64,000 bases of DNA from a virus (IMGVR_UViG_3300000228_000004:46524-110523), one strand, 5' to 3'. Counted from the stretch's first letter, positions 19,844-30,010 are shown. The notes: generated by a model from the sequence alone, not told the origin. Translations and numbers: made by a program.

Positions 19844-20794
19844 TTACTTAAACTTTATCGTGGTATCACTTATAATCTTCACCGCGAACGCGAGTAATGG
19901 GATATGTTTGTTCTTTGCCCTTTGTGAATAGTCTTGGTAATCAGCTAACTCTAGAATAACCATGGGTTGGGCTTCTGGTTTGAAAATATTGTCAAGATTT
20001 TTATATACATAAGTGTAAAAATTATCTGGTATTAAAATTTCATTAACTACATCTTTCACTATCTTGAATTTCCTGTGTAACATCGCATCAATTAAAGAAG
20101 CGAAAATATCATCAGTTTTTGCAATATTTTCGAACTCTAATTTACCGGAACTAGAATGTTTTTGTATGAACATCAACATATTCCTAGTTGATGGGTACAT
20201 AGTAGTCACCACTTTCATTATATCCTGTTTATCGTAGGTAATATCTTCATTTTCAAGTACAGAACACAACCGCTTGAAAATTTGAGTACCGAGTTCTTTC
20301 TTGTTCTGGCTATAAATATCATCCAAATTGAATATTTGTAATCTATCCAATAACGGGGGCATAAGTTTATCTATATAGTTCCCAGTAAACATAAATCTGT
20401 TATTTTTAGCGTACTGTTCTAGGTCAGAACGAAGCGTTGACTGAGCAGCAGTCGTCAGGTAATCTGACTCATCTATACAAGTAATTTTATGTTTACCTAG
20501 AACCGACTTCCCTCTTGAGAACTGACCAATATCATTCCTCATCACATCAATCCCGTTGTCCTTAGAACCGTTAATCCACAAAGTTTCAACACCAAGTTGT
20601 TTAGTAATGACATTCATTATAGTACTTTTACCAGTTCCAGGTGAAAGCCCGAAAATCCCAATATTTGGTATTTCTCCAGAGTTCAACCAAGTTCTTATAA
20701 TAGCCTTCTCTTTTCCTGGGAAAATTAAGTCATCTATGTTCTCAGGTCTATATTTTTCAGCCCATATATATTGTTCGTCGTTAGTTACCATCAT
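19844..20794 (-). CDS. 44: clamp loader large subunit (gp44, RFC-like)
   Basis: WAEKYRP, SPGTGKS, IDESD, AQSTLR. Confidence 0.93.
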   Translation of the reverse strand: MMVTNDEQYIWAEKYRPENIDDLIFPGKEKAIIRTWLNSGEIPNIGIFGLSPGTGKSTIMNVITKQLGVETLWINGSKDNGIDVMRNDIGQFSRGKSVLGKHKITCIDESDYLTTAAQSTLRSDLEQYAKNNRFMFTGNYIDKLMPPLLDRLQIFNLDDIYSQNKKELGTQIFKRLCSVLENEDITYDKQDIMKVVTTMYPSTRNMLMFIQKHSSSGKLEFENIAKTDDIFASLIDAMLHRKFKIVKDVVNEILIPDNFYTYVYKNLDNIFKPEAQPMVILELADYQDYSQRAKNKHIPLLAFAVKIISDTTIKFK

Positions 20795-20799
20795 TTTTC

Positions 20800-21357
20800 C
20801 TATAATTCAATTTGTGTTAAAAGGGAATTGATCCTAATTATTGATTCTCCTTTAAATGTCAAGAAAAGCATCATGAATTTAAGCTTCCTCAATACATGCC
20901 CAAAAGTTCTCCCTAGATCGGCTTGGTCGTTATCGTATTTCCTAAAGAACCACGCGGTGTAAAATTTAATATTTCCGTCCATAAATTCCTTTAAAACTAT
21001 TTGTTGCGTTATGTTACTTCCGTATTTTTCCCTAAAAAATTTTACATCTGCGCCGATAAATTCTTGATAATTGAGAATTATGTGTTTAAACATAGTTATT
21101 TCTTTTAGTTCCAACTCCCTTAGTTCAGCCAACATACCCCTGAAAGAAGAAGGTGTCTTAGAAAACATTATATAAACGCAAGCCAAGACAAAGGTTTCTT
21201 TGGTCTTTCCCTCCCATTTTTGGTAAGGGAAGTATGACTTTGAATTTTCTTTAGTGTTAAATTTATGATTTGAATGTAGTAACCTATAATCTAATTGACT
21301 ATCATAAGTAACAAATATCCCTTGGGCTATATCATATTGTTGGCCAAATTGTAGCAT
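20800..21357 (-). CDS. possible helicase loader (gp59-like)
   Basis: Size, all-helical basic composition and position next to the gp33-like gene; weak motif support. Confidence 0.4.
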   Translation of the reverse strand: MLQFGQQYDIAQGIFVTYDSQLDYRLLHSNHKFNTKENSKSYFPYQKWEGKTKETFVLACVYIMFSKTPSSFRGMLAELRELELKEITMFKHIILNYQEFIGADVKFFREKYGSNITQQIVLKEFMDGNIKFYTAWFFRKYDNDQADLGRTFGHVLRKLKFMMLFLTFKGESIIRINSLLTQIEL

Positions 21358-21536
21358 TACTTTAACCTAAATTCTTTTATAGTAACTACTAATCCGTGTT
21401 CAGTTAAATCATCAGATGCAATATATGCATCTTCTATATCCTTGAATATTTCTATGATATTTCTATCTATAATTATAGCGTAAACCATTCCATTTTCCTT
21501 TATTCCTTATTATACCATACTTCTATAAATTAGAAC

Positions 21537-21785
21537 TTAAACCCACTCTTCTATGTTTAAAAAAGATCTTTTGGTCGTTTGAAACTTAGCTTCGTTGTGA
21601 AACTTTAGGTCTTCTTCAAATGTAGTCCTGAAAGATTTGTCTTTCTTTAACATTTCACCTACTGTGTCTATATCTTTATCCAATTCTTCGCAATAAGTTG
21701 TTATCACTTCCAAGATTGAAATACCAGATAACTTTCTCTGTTTCTTGAACAGTAGAATATCTTGGTAAATACTAGAAAATTCCAT
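21537..21785 (-). CDS. 33: late transcription coactivator (gp33-like)
   Basis: ISILEVITTYCEELDKDIDTVGEML pattern, small size, acidic-aromatic C-terminus. Confidence 0.7.
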   Translation of the reverse strand: MEFSSIYQDILLFKKQRKLSGISILEVITTYCEELDKDIDTVGEMLKKDKSFRTTFEEDLKFHNEAKFQTTKRSFLNIEEWV

Positions 21786-21794
21786 CTTCCCCCC

Positions 21795-23528
21795 TTAAAT
21801 TTCATCGGTTTCAAATGAACTGAAACCATCAATTTGTTTTACTTTTATGATTCTGCTTAAAAGTTCCAATTTATTTTTTATATCTGGGTTATGTGAAATT
21901 AAAACAACATCTTTGCTTTTACTAAAGACCTCATCGATAATAACCATAACCTCATCTATGCCGCTTACATCAAGTGAACTATCCAAATATTCATCTAATA
22001 TTAACAAGTTGGTGCTGATACCATTCTTTTCTTCTATCAACTTCAAGAAAGCAAATAAAATACTTAAAGTTATCCTTTGTTTTTGACCATTCGAAAGAGA
22101 GTTAAAATCATTATCAGAATTTCTTGAAATAATCTTTTCGTTAAATTCATTGTCTATAACAAAGTTGAACTTAGAACCAAACAGTTCAAGGAACTCATTG
22201 ATGTATTTGTTCAAAAATGGGAGTTGTTGATTTAAAATAACGCCCTTTAAATTTTTATCTGAAACCATTTCTTCTAATTCATCCAAATCAGATAGAGAAT
22301 TCTTTATGCTAACGAACCTATTTTTAGTATTGTCAAATTCTACCTCTTGTAAGTTTAGTTCAGCGTAATTTACTTCAATTTGTTTCCACTCATTTATCTT
22401 ATCAAATTTTTCCTTGATTTTTGCTAATGAAATTTTTGACTGTTTTTCATTCTCGGCTATTCTATTCCTATTATTGGTCTTCTGTAATATTTCATTTTGA
22501 ATTTTAATGGTATCTTCTACGACTGACAAAGTTTCAGTTTTTTCTACTAGAACGCAATTCAATTCATCTTTCATTGCCTGAGCAGAATATGGCAAATGTT
22601 CTTTTATTTCAAATTCACAAGACGGGCAAATGACCTTATTTTGTTCATTCGCGATAAGCTTCCTTACCTTAGCTTTTATATCCTGTTCTTTTTCGAGTAT
22701 AGTTTCCAATGATGAATTCATTTCTTTCAGTTTTTCACCATTTTCGAGCCACTCTGAGTGTAATTTATCTAATGCTGATAAAAGAACTGGGTATTTGTCT
22801 AATTTACACATAATTTCAAACTCTTCATCTTTCAAGTGTGAAATAATCGAGTCCCTGTTTTCATTCATTTCTTCATTTTGTTTTTCAAGTGACGCAATAC
22901 TAATTTTCATTGAATCTAAGTTGTGTTTCTGGACTTCAATTTTATATGAATATTCTGTCAACATAGTTTTTTGGGTAGTTTTTTCTTCTTTAACCCTTTC
23001 CTTTATTTTCGTAAAAATAGCGGTATCAGTGATAACCTGAAGCACTTCTTCTTTTTCGTTCTTATTGAGCTCCATAAAATTTCTAGATGTACTCAAATTA
23101 GCCCCAAGAGCAATCAATTGCCTGAATACATTTTCCCCAAATTGGAGAATATTCTCTTCAAGCAAGATTTGGTAGTCTCTGTTCGTACTAGGTTTCTCTA
23201 TTTGCGAGAAACCACTTTCGTCTTCTTTGTAAATTTCAAAAATATCTGGTTTGATGCCACGCACCACTTTAAACCTATTCCCATTAATACTGAAGATGGT
23301 TTCTGTGTGTAAAGCCTTGTTGTTTTTGTTATTGACCAATTTTCCGATATTTATCTTTCTAAATGGTTTCCCGAATAAACAATATGTAAGAGCGTCGACA
23401 AAAGAAGATTTACCCATCCCATTAGACCCCATCACTAAGTCTATACCATTCTTGAAATTGAATTCAGTTATTGTGTTACCGTAACTTAGTATGTTTTTAA
23501 ACTTTAAATTTTCAAAATCTATTTTCAT
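21795..23528 (-). CDS. 46: recombination endonuclease ATPase subunit (gp46/Rad50/SbcC)
   Basis: GSNGMGKS, CPSC hook, LSNGQ signature, LILDE, ISH. Confidence 0.95.
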   Translation of the reverse strand: MKIDFENLKFKNILSYGNTITEFNFKNGIDLVMGSNGMGKSSFVDALTYCLFGKPFRKINIGKLVNNKNNKALHTETIFSINGNRFKVVRGIKPDIFEIYKEDESGFSQIEKPSTNRDYQILLEENILQFGENVFRQLIALGANLSTSRNFMELNKNEKEEVLQVITDTAIFTKIKERVKEEKTTQKTMLTEYSYKIEVQKHNLDSMKISIASLEKQNEEMNENRDSIISHLKDEEFEIMCKLDKYPVLLSALDKLHSEWLENGEKLKEMNSSLETILEKEQDIKAKVRKLIANEQNKVICPSCEFEIKEHLPYSAQAMKDELNCVLVEKTETLSVVEDTIKIQNEILQKTNNRNRIAENEKQSKISLAKIKEKFDKINEWKQIEVNYAELNLQEVEFDNTKNRFVSIKNSLSDLDELEEMVSDKNLKGVILNQQLPFLNKYINEFLELFGSKFNFVIDNEFNEKIISRNSDNDFNSLSNGQKQRITLSILFAFLKLIEEKNGISTNLLILDEYLDSSLDVSGIDEVMVIIDEVFSKSKDVVLISHNPDIKNKLELLSRIIKVKQIDGFSSFETDEI

Positions 23529-24604
23529 TAAGCTCCCTCTAGCCCAGACATTATTTTATCTAGAAGTGGTACTAAGTGCGGTTTCTTTTCATTCACTGTC
23601 TTAAAAAGAAGCTCAGTACCACCTATATTGTCAATGTCACCTTTGAAATCAGTCCCTATAAGGTCTGATATTTCTACATTGTTTATGAAATCAAATGTTA
23701 CCCCAGAATGGTGTAAATCAAATGCAATGGTTTCATATTCTTTGTCTTTTGATTGGTTCACGAAGAATTTAACTTTATGTGTTCTTATATCTGGTAGTTC
23801 TAGAACCGAGTTGAAAAATAGCGGTTCTTCATAGAACCCAGATAATTCTAATTTATTTTCGTTCGAGTCATCATACTTTATTTTAAGGTGTTTGGGTGTC
23901 ACTGTATTTTCTATGAATTCATATTCATGTCCTTGGAATACAAAAAACCCCCTTGGTGTATCGTAATCACCCCAATTAATCTGATACGGTGTACCGACAT
24001 ACATAACAAAGCCGTCAGTGGATTGAATATGATAGTGTCCCGACACGACCCTTTTTAAACTTTTGATCTTCTTAAAGAAGCTAGAGCTTAACTCAGATTT
24101 TTCATCTAAGTGCCCTTTGATGATTTCAAAGTTCTTAATTTCAAAATGCCCAAGTACTACATCAACGCCTTTTATGTCCCTTTCAGATATCTTATCACCA
24201 ATTATCCAAGGAAATAACTTATACTTAGTACCCCCGATATCAAGAACTGTTGGTTCAGTGTAAATAGAAACAGAGCCCGGAAATAAGTCACCGAAATACT
24301 TCACTAGATTAATATTGAGCGTGGTTGAATAGTAAATATCATGGTTCCCGAGAAAACTAATAAACTTAAACCCGAGCTCTTTCATAGGAGTAAAAAATTC
24401 TTTTACTATTGTATCGAATGTTTTTATATTCATCATTTTACGATTATCTAGAAAATCACCCAATTGTACGATAGTGTTGATGTTGTTTTCTTTCATATAA
24501 GGGAAAAGTTGTTCTCTAAAAAAATTGAGTTGTTGCTCTAGGAAATCGTCGCTGAATCCTTTAATCCCGAAGTGTAGGTCACCGATTATTATAATTTTTT
24601 CCAT
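23528..24604 (-). CDS. 47: recombination endonuclease nuclease subunit (gp47/Mre11/SbcD)
   Basis: GDLHFG, LGDFLD, GNHD, SGHYH. Confidence 0.95.
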   Translation of the reverse strand: MEKIIIIGDLHFGIKGFSDDFLEQQLNFFREQLFPYMKENNINTIVQLGDFLDNRKMMNIKTFDTIVKEFFTPMKELGFKFISFLGNHDIYYSTTLNINLVKYFGDLFPGSVSIYTEPTVLDIGGTKYKLFPWIIGDKISERDIKGVDVVLGHFEIKNFEIIKGHLDEKSELSSSFFKKIKSLKRVVSGHYHIQSTDGFVMYVGTPYQINWGDYDTPRGFFVFQGHEYEFIENTVTPKHLKIKYDDSNENKLELSGFYEEPLFFNSVLELPDIRTHKVKFFVNQSKDKEYETIAFDLHHSGVTFDFINNVEISDLIGTDFKGDIDNIGGTELLFKTVNEKKPHLVPLLDKIMSGLEGA

Positions 24605-24605
24605 T

Positions 24606-24875
24606 CTAGAATCCGTTCTTTTTTACTTCGACCCACTTCCCACATTTACCACTTTTTTCAACGCACACCCTCAACACATTATCCATATCATATGCCTCAT
24701 ATACATTACTCTTGAGGTTCGTTAGTTTCGCGAAATATCTAGCTGAACTCCATTCTGTCCCTGTATCTAATATATTCCCATTAGAAAGAATATCATCCAT
24801 ATAGGTACATACAACTAATTTATAATTTTTAGATGGTTTACTGTAATAGCAATCAACGCACTTTTTTTCTGTCAT
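24606..24875 (-). CDS. hypothetical Cys-containing protein
   Basis: CVDC...C...CG pattern, RBS. Confidence 0.5.
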   Translation of the reverse strand: MTEKKCVDCYYSKPSKNYKLVVCTYMDDILSNGNILDTGTEWSSARYFAKLTNLKSNVYEAYDMDNVLRVCVEKSGKCGKWVEVKKNGF

Positions 24876-24919
24876 ATAAGCTCCTTTTAAAGGTAAAGTA
24901 TATTAAAAATAACTTAGTT

Positions 24920-25470
24920 TTAACTTAAAAGTAAATTTAAAAGTGTATGTATTTCTATGGGGGTATAATCAATCGCTTCAACTGAAACATTGTAATGATC
25001 TTCAAGTCCGACATTTTTATTATGTGTGTGCCCGTGTATTACATATTCGATATTATTTTTCTTTGCTATTTCTGAAAGAGATAATATATTTTTTACTTCT
25101 TTGGTAGATTGATATTCATTTGTTTTCAATGGGTAATGCGTAAGAAGAACATTTTCCATAATGATGTAATTATATACTCCCGAAAACCCCAGATTTTTAA
25201 TATACCAATCATCTGGTTTATGGTCGTGATTTCCCCGTATAAGGTATTTCTCACCGTTCAAATTAGAGAATATATCAATAAGAGTTTCTTCTTTTCCCTT
25301 TATCCCTGCTGCGATGTCACCTAAGTGGAAAACTATATCATTATTAGAAACAGTGGCGTTCCAATTCTTAATGGTTATTTCTTCAAAATTTTCTGGTCTA
25401 GAACAGTACTTAATGATGTTTTTATGTAAAAAATGAATTAAGTGTCCCCTATGAGATAAATTTTTTGTTT
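24920..25470 (-). pseudogene. calcineurin-like metallophosphoesterase with disrupted 5' end
   Basis: IYLIGDT-[TAATT insertion]-HFLHKNII...HLGD...RGNHD...THYP...HGHTH...NVSVE. Confidence 0.7.
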
Positions 25471-25530
25471 TATCTCTTCGGGGACATCCTCCTTATTCTG
25501 TATTGTGCTCATATCATTATTTCCTTTTTA

Positions 25531-26232
25531 TTAAAGTGAGTTTATATTTTCGCGAATGAAGCTAGATTGCCATAGTGAATCAAATTCCATATTGGGGATT
25601 AAGTTCTCTTTGAACTTAATCCTTTTCTGGGCGTATGGGCTCAATTCTTTTTCTTCGATAATCGACAAAGCAAATTTATAAAATTCGCCCTTTTCAAGTA
25701 ATGTTGTATCAAAATCATAATTAGCTTTTTCCTGGGAAGTGATTAACCTTATGAATTCTTTTTCAGTTTTGGTTCTACTCAATTTTCCCAAAAGGGAAAT
25801 TCTATCAGTGAATGGCATTTTTAAAAAATTATATTTATCATCTTTCAGTATGTGGTTTTCTTCGTCTGGAGCAAGATTTGAATTCACGGTGCGTTTAGCC
25901 AACTTAGATAATTTATCCGCTTCTTTATTCAGTTCTCTTGGATCCCAAGTTGTTTTGAAATCAATACCGCGCATATATATATCGATAAGAGGACTTTTTT
26001 CTTTAGAAACACCCAAGTTGTCGGTAAAAAATAAAACCCCAGTGCACCCTAATCCCTTAGCATATTTCAATGCTTCAAAGTAAGCAACTCTTTCACTTTT
26101 GTCTGAATTGTTCCCAGAATAAAAATCTACAATTTTAGAAATTCTAGTTTTATTCGTCATGTCATATATACCAACACCAACGCATTTTGTATTATGATCT
26201 ATGCTTGCATCGAACGCGACTTTTATCCTCAT
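25531..26232 (-). CDS. RNase HI-like nuclease
   Basis: FDAS..GVG, SERVA, FTDN and RELNKEADKL acidic motifs. Confidence 0.75.
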   Translation of the reverse strand: MRIKVAFDASIDHNTKCVGVGIYDMTNKTRISKIVDFYSGNNSDKSERVAYFEALKYAKGLGCTGVLFFTDNLGVSKEKSPLIDIYMRGIDFKTTWDPRELNKEADKLSKLAKRTVNSNLAPDEENHILKDDKYNFLKMPFTDRISLLGKLSRTKTEKEFIRLITSQEKANYDFDTTLLEKGEFYKFALSIIEEKELSPYAQKRIKFKENLIPNMEFDSLWQSSFIRENINSL

Positions 26233-26260
26233 TTTTAAACCCTTTACTTTGATATGTAAT

Positions 26261-26293
26261 ATTATACCGTAAGTTAGCTTAAAGAGAGGTTAA
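26261..26293 (-). promoter_or_regulatory. early promoter
   Basis: TTAACCTCTCTTTAAGCTAACTTACGGTATAAT; TTAA overlaps the upstream stop codon. Confidence 0.8.
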
Positions 26294-26790
26294 ACTGCGA
26301 GGCGTGAATTGTTTAGAAGTGAAATTATTTCTTTATCGGTTTCTGTGAAACCACGAAATTCTGAGAACTGATCTATTTTAGATTGTGTTTCAAGGTCGGT
26401 TATATTTTTTTCAGGTATCTTTTCAAACCCATTTTCACAATCCCTGATAACACCTAACCTCAAAAGCTCTGCCGTCACATATATCTCAGGACGAAGTACT
26501 ATAGATATACTTGTCGTTATCCTATTCAGTGAGTCATCTTCTTTAAATTTAGCCCAAGGGGAGTCATTAAATTTTGATAAAAACACCCAAGTTATATTTT
26601 CAAGAGAGATTGAATTACCGCCATTAAGTGCAATGTGGGTTTTATGGTTTTCAGCCCAATCATATAAAAGAGCATATTCATCAGAGTCTTTGTTCCTATA
26701 CTTCAAGAATAACTCAACAGTTGCGTGCCCTGACTGAACCCCTTGGGCAATTGTACTGAGCATACTATGCGTGAATGTGTATAACCTCAC
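26290..26790 (-). CDS. Pth2-like peptidyl-tRNA hydrolase family protein
   Basis: LSTIAQGVQSGHA...W...KT.I.LNGG...F.ED...T pattern. Confidence 0.6.
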   Translation of the reverse strand: MRLYTFTHSMLSTIAQGVQSGHATVELFLKYRNKDSDEYALLYDWAENHKTHIALNGGNSISLENITWVFLSKFNDSPWAKFKEDDSLNRITTSISIVLRPEIYVTAELLRLGVIRDCENGFEKIPEKNITDLETQSKIDQFSEFRGFTETDKEIISLLNNSRLAV

Positions 26791-27227
26791 TTCTTCGCCT
26801 TAATTTTATCTTTCAATGCGCCCTTTAAACCTTCAACTATTCGTTTTTCAGATAGTTTTTCGATATTAGAAACAAAGTGTTCTTTTTCATCAGTTTTATC
26901 ATACACTAGGAATTTAAGCCCAGTCTGCGTCTTTATAGTCCTGATGAATTCTCCTGGCAACATATTTTCTACAAACCCCAGCCACAGAGATAGTTTCATT
27001 TCTTGACCCATAAATAACTGGTTCACCTCAATTTCTTTGGCGTTAGTGATCCCTTCCACGAACTCACCACCAGTATTATCTAAGTTACTCGGTTGAGACA
27101 TAACCGTGATAAGGTCGTTTATTTCAACGCTGAAATTGGTCTTAATAAACTTATCAGTAACCTTTGCTAGAGTGATACCGTCCACTCGGAACTCTTCAAC
27201 CATTTTATTGAAATCCAATTTTTTCAT
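26787..27227 (-). CDS. hypothetical protein
   Basis: ORF overlapping its neighbours by 4 nt. Confidence 0.55.
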   Translation of the reverse strand: MKKLDFNKMVEEFRVDGITLAKVTDKFIKTNFSVEINDLITVMSQPSNLDNTGGEFVEGITNAKEIEVNQLFMGQEMKLSLWLGFVENMLPGEFIRTIKTQTGLKFLVYDKTDEKEHFVSNIEKLSEKRIVEGLKGALKDKIKAKK

Positions 27228-27517
27228 TGTTTCCCCTTATTTTTAAAGTAGTTAGCTATGATCATGAATTCATTCAAATCATGCCTATCACATTTTTCTC
27301 TTGTCGATTGTTTGTAATCATTGTGGAAATGTGAATGACATTCACCGCACAAAGTTATACCATTATCTATAATGAATTTTTGTTCTGGAAAATATGTAGC
27401 ATGGTTTATATGGTGCGCATGCCTGTCCTGGAGGCTGCCACAACATTGACAGGTACTGTCTCTTCTTATAACCCCTACTCTCCAAATTCTGTATTCTTTC
27501 GTGTTTCTCCAATCCAT
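27224..27517 (-). CDS. small HNH endonuclease
   Basis: RDSTCQCCG...HAHHI...NGITLCGECH..FH. Confidence 0.85.
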   Translation of the reverse strand: MDWRNTKEYRIWRVGVIRRDSTCQCCGSLQDRHAHHINHATYFPEQKFIIDNGITLCGECHSHFHNDYKQSTREKCDRHDLNEFMIIANYFKNKGKQ

Positions 27518-27544
27518 ATTGCCATTCTCCGGTGATTATAATGT

Positions 27545-28402
27545 TTATTTTAATTTTTTATAGATATATGCTATACATTTAGATAAACTATCAATAAACA
27601 GCACATAATAATTTTTTATTATAGTCTTAACCGTATCTAAAATGCTTGGTTTTGTTGGTTTTGATACACCTATTTCTACCGCAGTCCAAACATCCCAAAC
27701 ATCTTCAGTCAACAAATCATAGTTTAAAAGAAATAATCCATTATCCCCCCAGTTGTCGCCCCACGAATTTTCAACAATGAAACCATTTAAAGAGTCGTCC
27801 CAACCGACAATGCTCATCGCGTGTGAGCCAATACTCGGGTTTTCATTAGAAACTTTTACATATTTTTGGTCTTTTAGAGGTCCTGAAACTTTATAAAACG
27901 CGTTACCGAGTTCCATCGAAAATATAACAGCGTTCTTCCCATATACGGCATCTTTTATACTATTTATGGTTCTTAATAATCTCTCATACCGCATAACTTT
28001 GAAATGTGATTTACTATATATTTCATCTGAAGGCTCGTTATTTACATTTTTGATTATATAGGGGTAATCTTCTTCTGAACAAATGCCGTACCTGTTAGCA
28101 TATTTAAAAGCATCTCTAGTATAAGACCCTTTATCTCTACCATTTAGTTCTAAATAATCTTTCCTTAAATTAAAATATAAGAATAACCTACTCAGATTTA
28201 TTTTTTCAGCGCTCATCATTTCTAGTGACGAGCAAGCAGCATTCGCTACACAAGAACTTAGGTTATATTGGTTTTCTATTTCCCTTATATTACTATTAAT
28301 AAATTTCTCTGGGAATATGCGCGTTTCTTTCGACGGGGTATATTTAAAATCGCGTGGGTCTTCTTCATCTTTCAATACATTCGATAACAAATTTGTTAGC
28401 AT
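27545..28402 (-). CDS. papain-like C1 cysteine peptidase
   Basis: QYNLSSCVANA, HAMSIVGW, ENSWG catalytic motifs. Confidence 0.9.
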   Translation of the reverse strand: MLTNLLSNVLKDEEDPRDFKYTPSKETRIFPEKFINSNIREIENQYNLSSCVANAACSSLEMMSAEKINLSRLFLYFNLRKDYLELNGRDKGSYTRDAFKYANRYGICSEEDYPYIIKNVNNEPSDEIYSKSHFKVMRYERLLRTINSIKDAVYGKNAVIFSMELGNAFYKVSGPLKDQKYVKVSNENPSIGSHAMSIVGWDDSLNGFIVENSWGDNWGDNGLFLLNYDLLTEDVWDVWTAVEIGVSKPTKPSILDTVKTIIKNYYVLFIDSLSKCIAYIYKKLK

Positions 28403-28612
28403 ATCTTAATCCTTAAATGTTGGGTTGTTCTCGTTCACCGAGATTCTAAATGTTTGGTATTTTAACTCATTTAGATTTTTTACCGTTTATTCTCGGCTCC
28501 ATTAAATCTTTTTAGCTTCTCTTTATTTAAAGTTGGTGATTTATCTTCTTTTAACAAAACCACTCCTTTAATTTTAATAAATTTTAATTATTTAACTCTT
28601 ATTGTAATCAAA

Positions 28613-28928
28613 TGGTGGGCATGGCGGGTAACGATCCCGCGTCCAAGAATTTTTTCTGTTTTGAAATTAACCTTACGGTTGGCGATTGCCTACAAGTTTT
28701 TGATTTAATTTTTTACAAAAATTATAAAAATATGAAACGCATTGAAATGTTAATCTTGTTCGGTTAGTTCGTTTGGCAATGAAGTGAACTACTCTTCAAA
28801 GGATTAAGCTACTTGAACCATCCCTGTATAATTTATATTGTTTTCATCTATTTTTGTTTTGAGGTTTAACTTCTCCAAGTACTTGTTTCTACACATAATA
28901 AAACTCCTGTCGATACCATTTCACGCCC
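28613..28928 (-). ncRNA. ssrA: tmRNA; predicted tag (X)ENNINYTGMVQVA*
   Basis: 5' GGGCGTGAAATGGTATCGAC, 3' GGACGCGGGATCGTTACCCGCCATGCCCACCA, resume context AAAAATAGAT GAA...GTA GCT TAA. Confidence 0.88.
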
Positions 28929-28989
28929 ATATCGTATAAATATCTAGACCAGCATCGTTGAGAGGCAATCCCTACTTAACTTCGGGTGA

Positions 28990-29345
28990 TATCTAGACCT
29001 ATTGAGTTATACTCAGTAAAGGTTATTTTTCTGAGTGGGAGAAGTTTAACTCCCGATGTGAATTTTTATTACCGAGGTTCAATTCCTCTAGTGACTTTTT
29101 ATTCCCAACTGATCTACATTCGAAAGTTTTTAACCTTTCTCATTTAAGACCCAGAGAGGACTTCGGTTCATCTTAGGTTTTGTCTGATTTAATTTTTTAT
29201 TGTGGCAGTTCACCCTTTCGGACCTAATACCCGTTCTGCCAATTCCCCTTGTTTCATCAGATAGGACTTCTGCGGTTCCTCGATCTTTTATTTTGATTGG
29301 CGTCTAAGTTTCCAACTTTTTACTGAGCTAACAAACGACACATTA
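28990..29345 (-). ncRNA. candidate ~350-nt structured ncRNA upstream of tmRNA
   Basis: No ORF, GC-richer than its flanks, closing helix CTCAGTAAA/TTTACTGAG, nested helices TCTGAT/ATCAGA and GGCAG/CTGCC, promoter-like motif at about 29380-29412. Confidence 0.5.
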
Positions 29346-29425
29346 ACAGCGGTTCTGAAGCGTGAAAATATATAATTTTTATTGTACCAGTTTAATATTA
29401 AAATTAACTTAATCGACTTGGGTTT

Positions 29426-30010
29426 TTATAATCTCATGAAAATTACTACATTTTCATTATCTGGTTCTACTTCACCTTGGTCATTGACAAAATAAGAAAC
29501 CCCATTTCTTATAGAATACGCTTCCCCGTCTTCACCAGAGTTCATATTAGAATCAACTTTAAACCCATTTCTTGAATAAAGTGTGAAAAGAGGTCCGCTT
29601 ATTTTACCGTTCTTGTCTTGTTGAGCAAAACAATCTAATCTCTTTGCGCCATGTAACTTCGCATTTTGTACGATAGCATCCCCACTTGAACCTTGTGAGC
29701 TGAAAACTGAAACAAGTTCATCCTTATGTGCTATCGCATATCCACTTGAATTATTTGTGCCGACATAACACAACATATTCTCATATTCTTTGGGTGAATA
29801 TACTGATAAAGTTTCAAGTCCTCTTGGGATCTTCCTAGAAATATCATTTTGTTTGATTTTCGATACGATCTTTCCAAATACCCTTCCACTAACTTGAGTG
29901 AATACTGAATCATCTCCCTTCGGTAGTTTCTGACCCTTTTCTAGTTCGACCCCGTGCATCCTTCCCAAATCCCTAAAAACTTCATCAACCACATCTTTAA
30001 ATATCCCCAT
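29426..30010 (-). CDS. hypothetical protein, possible GNAT-like fold
   Basis: ELVSVFS...G..IV..A...GA.RLDCF...L...YSRNGF. Confidence 0.5.
   Translation of the reverse strand: MGIFKDVVDEVFRDLGRMHGVELEKGQKLPKGDDSVFTQVSGRVFGKIVSKIKQNDISRKIPRGLETLSVYSPKEYENMLCYVGTNNSSGYAIAHKDELVSVFSSQGSSGDAIVQNAKLHGAKRLDCFAQQDKNGKISGPLFTLYSRNGFKVDSNMNSGEDGEAYSIRNGVSYFVNDQGEVEPDNENVVIFMRL

Noticed and set aside
28990-29345. RNase P RNA or hammerhead ribozyme
   Set aside because: GAGGAA..AAGTCC and CTGATGA..GAAA strings are present, but I could not form the P4 pairing or hammerhead stem II.
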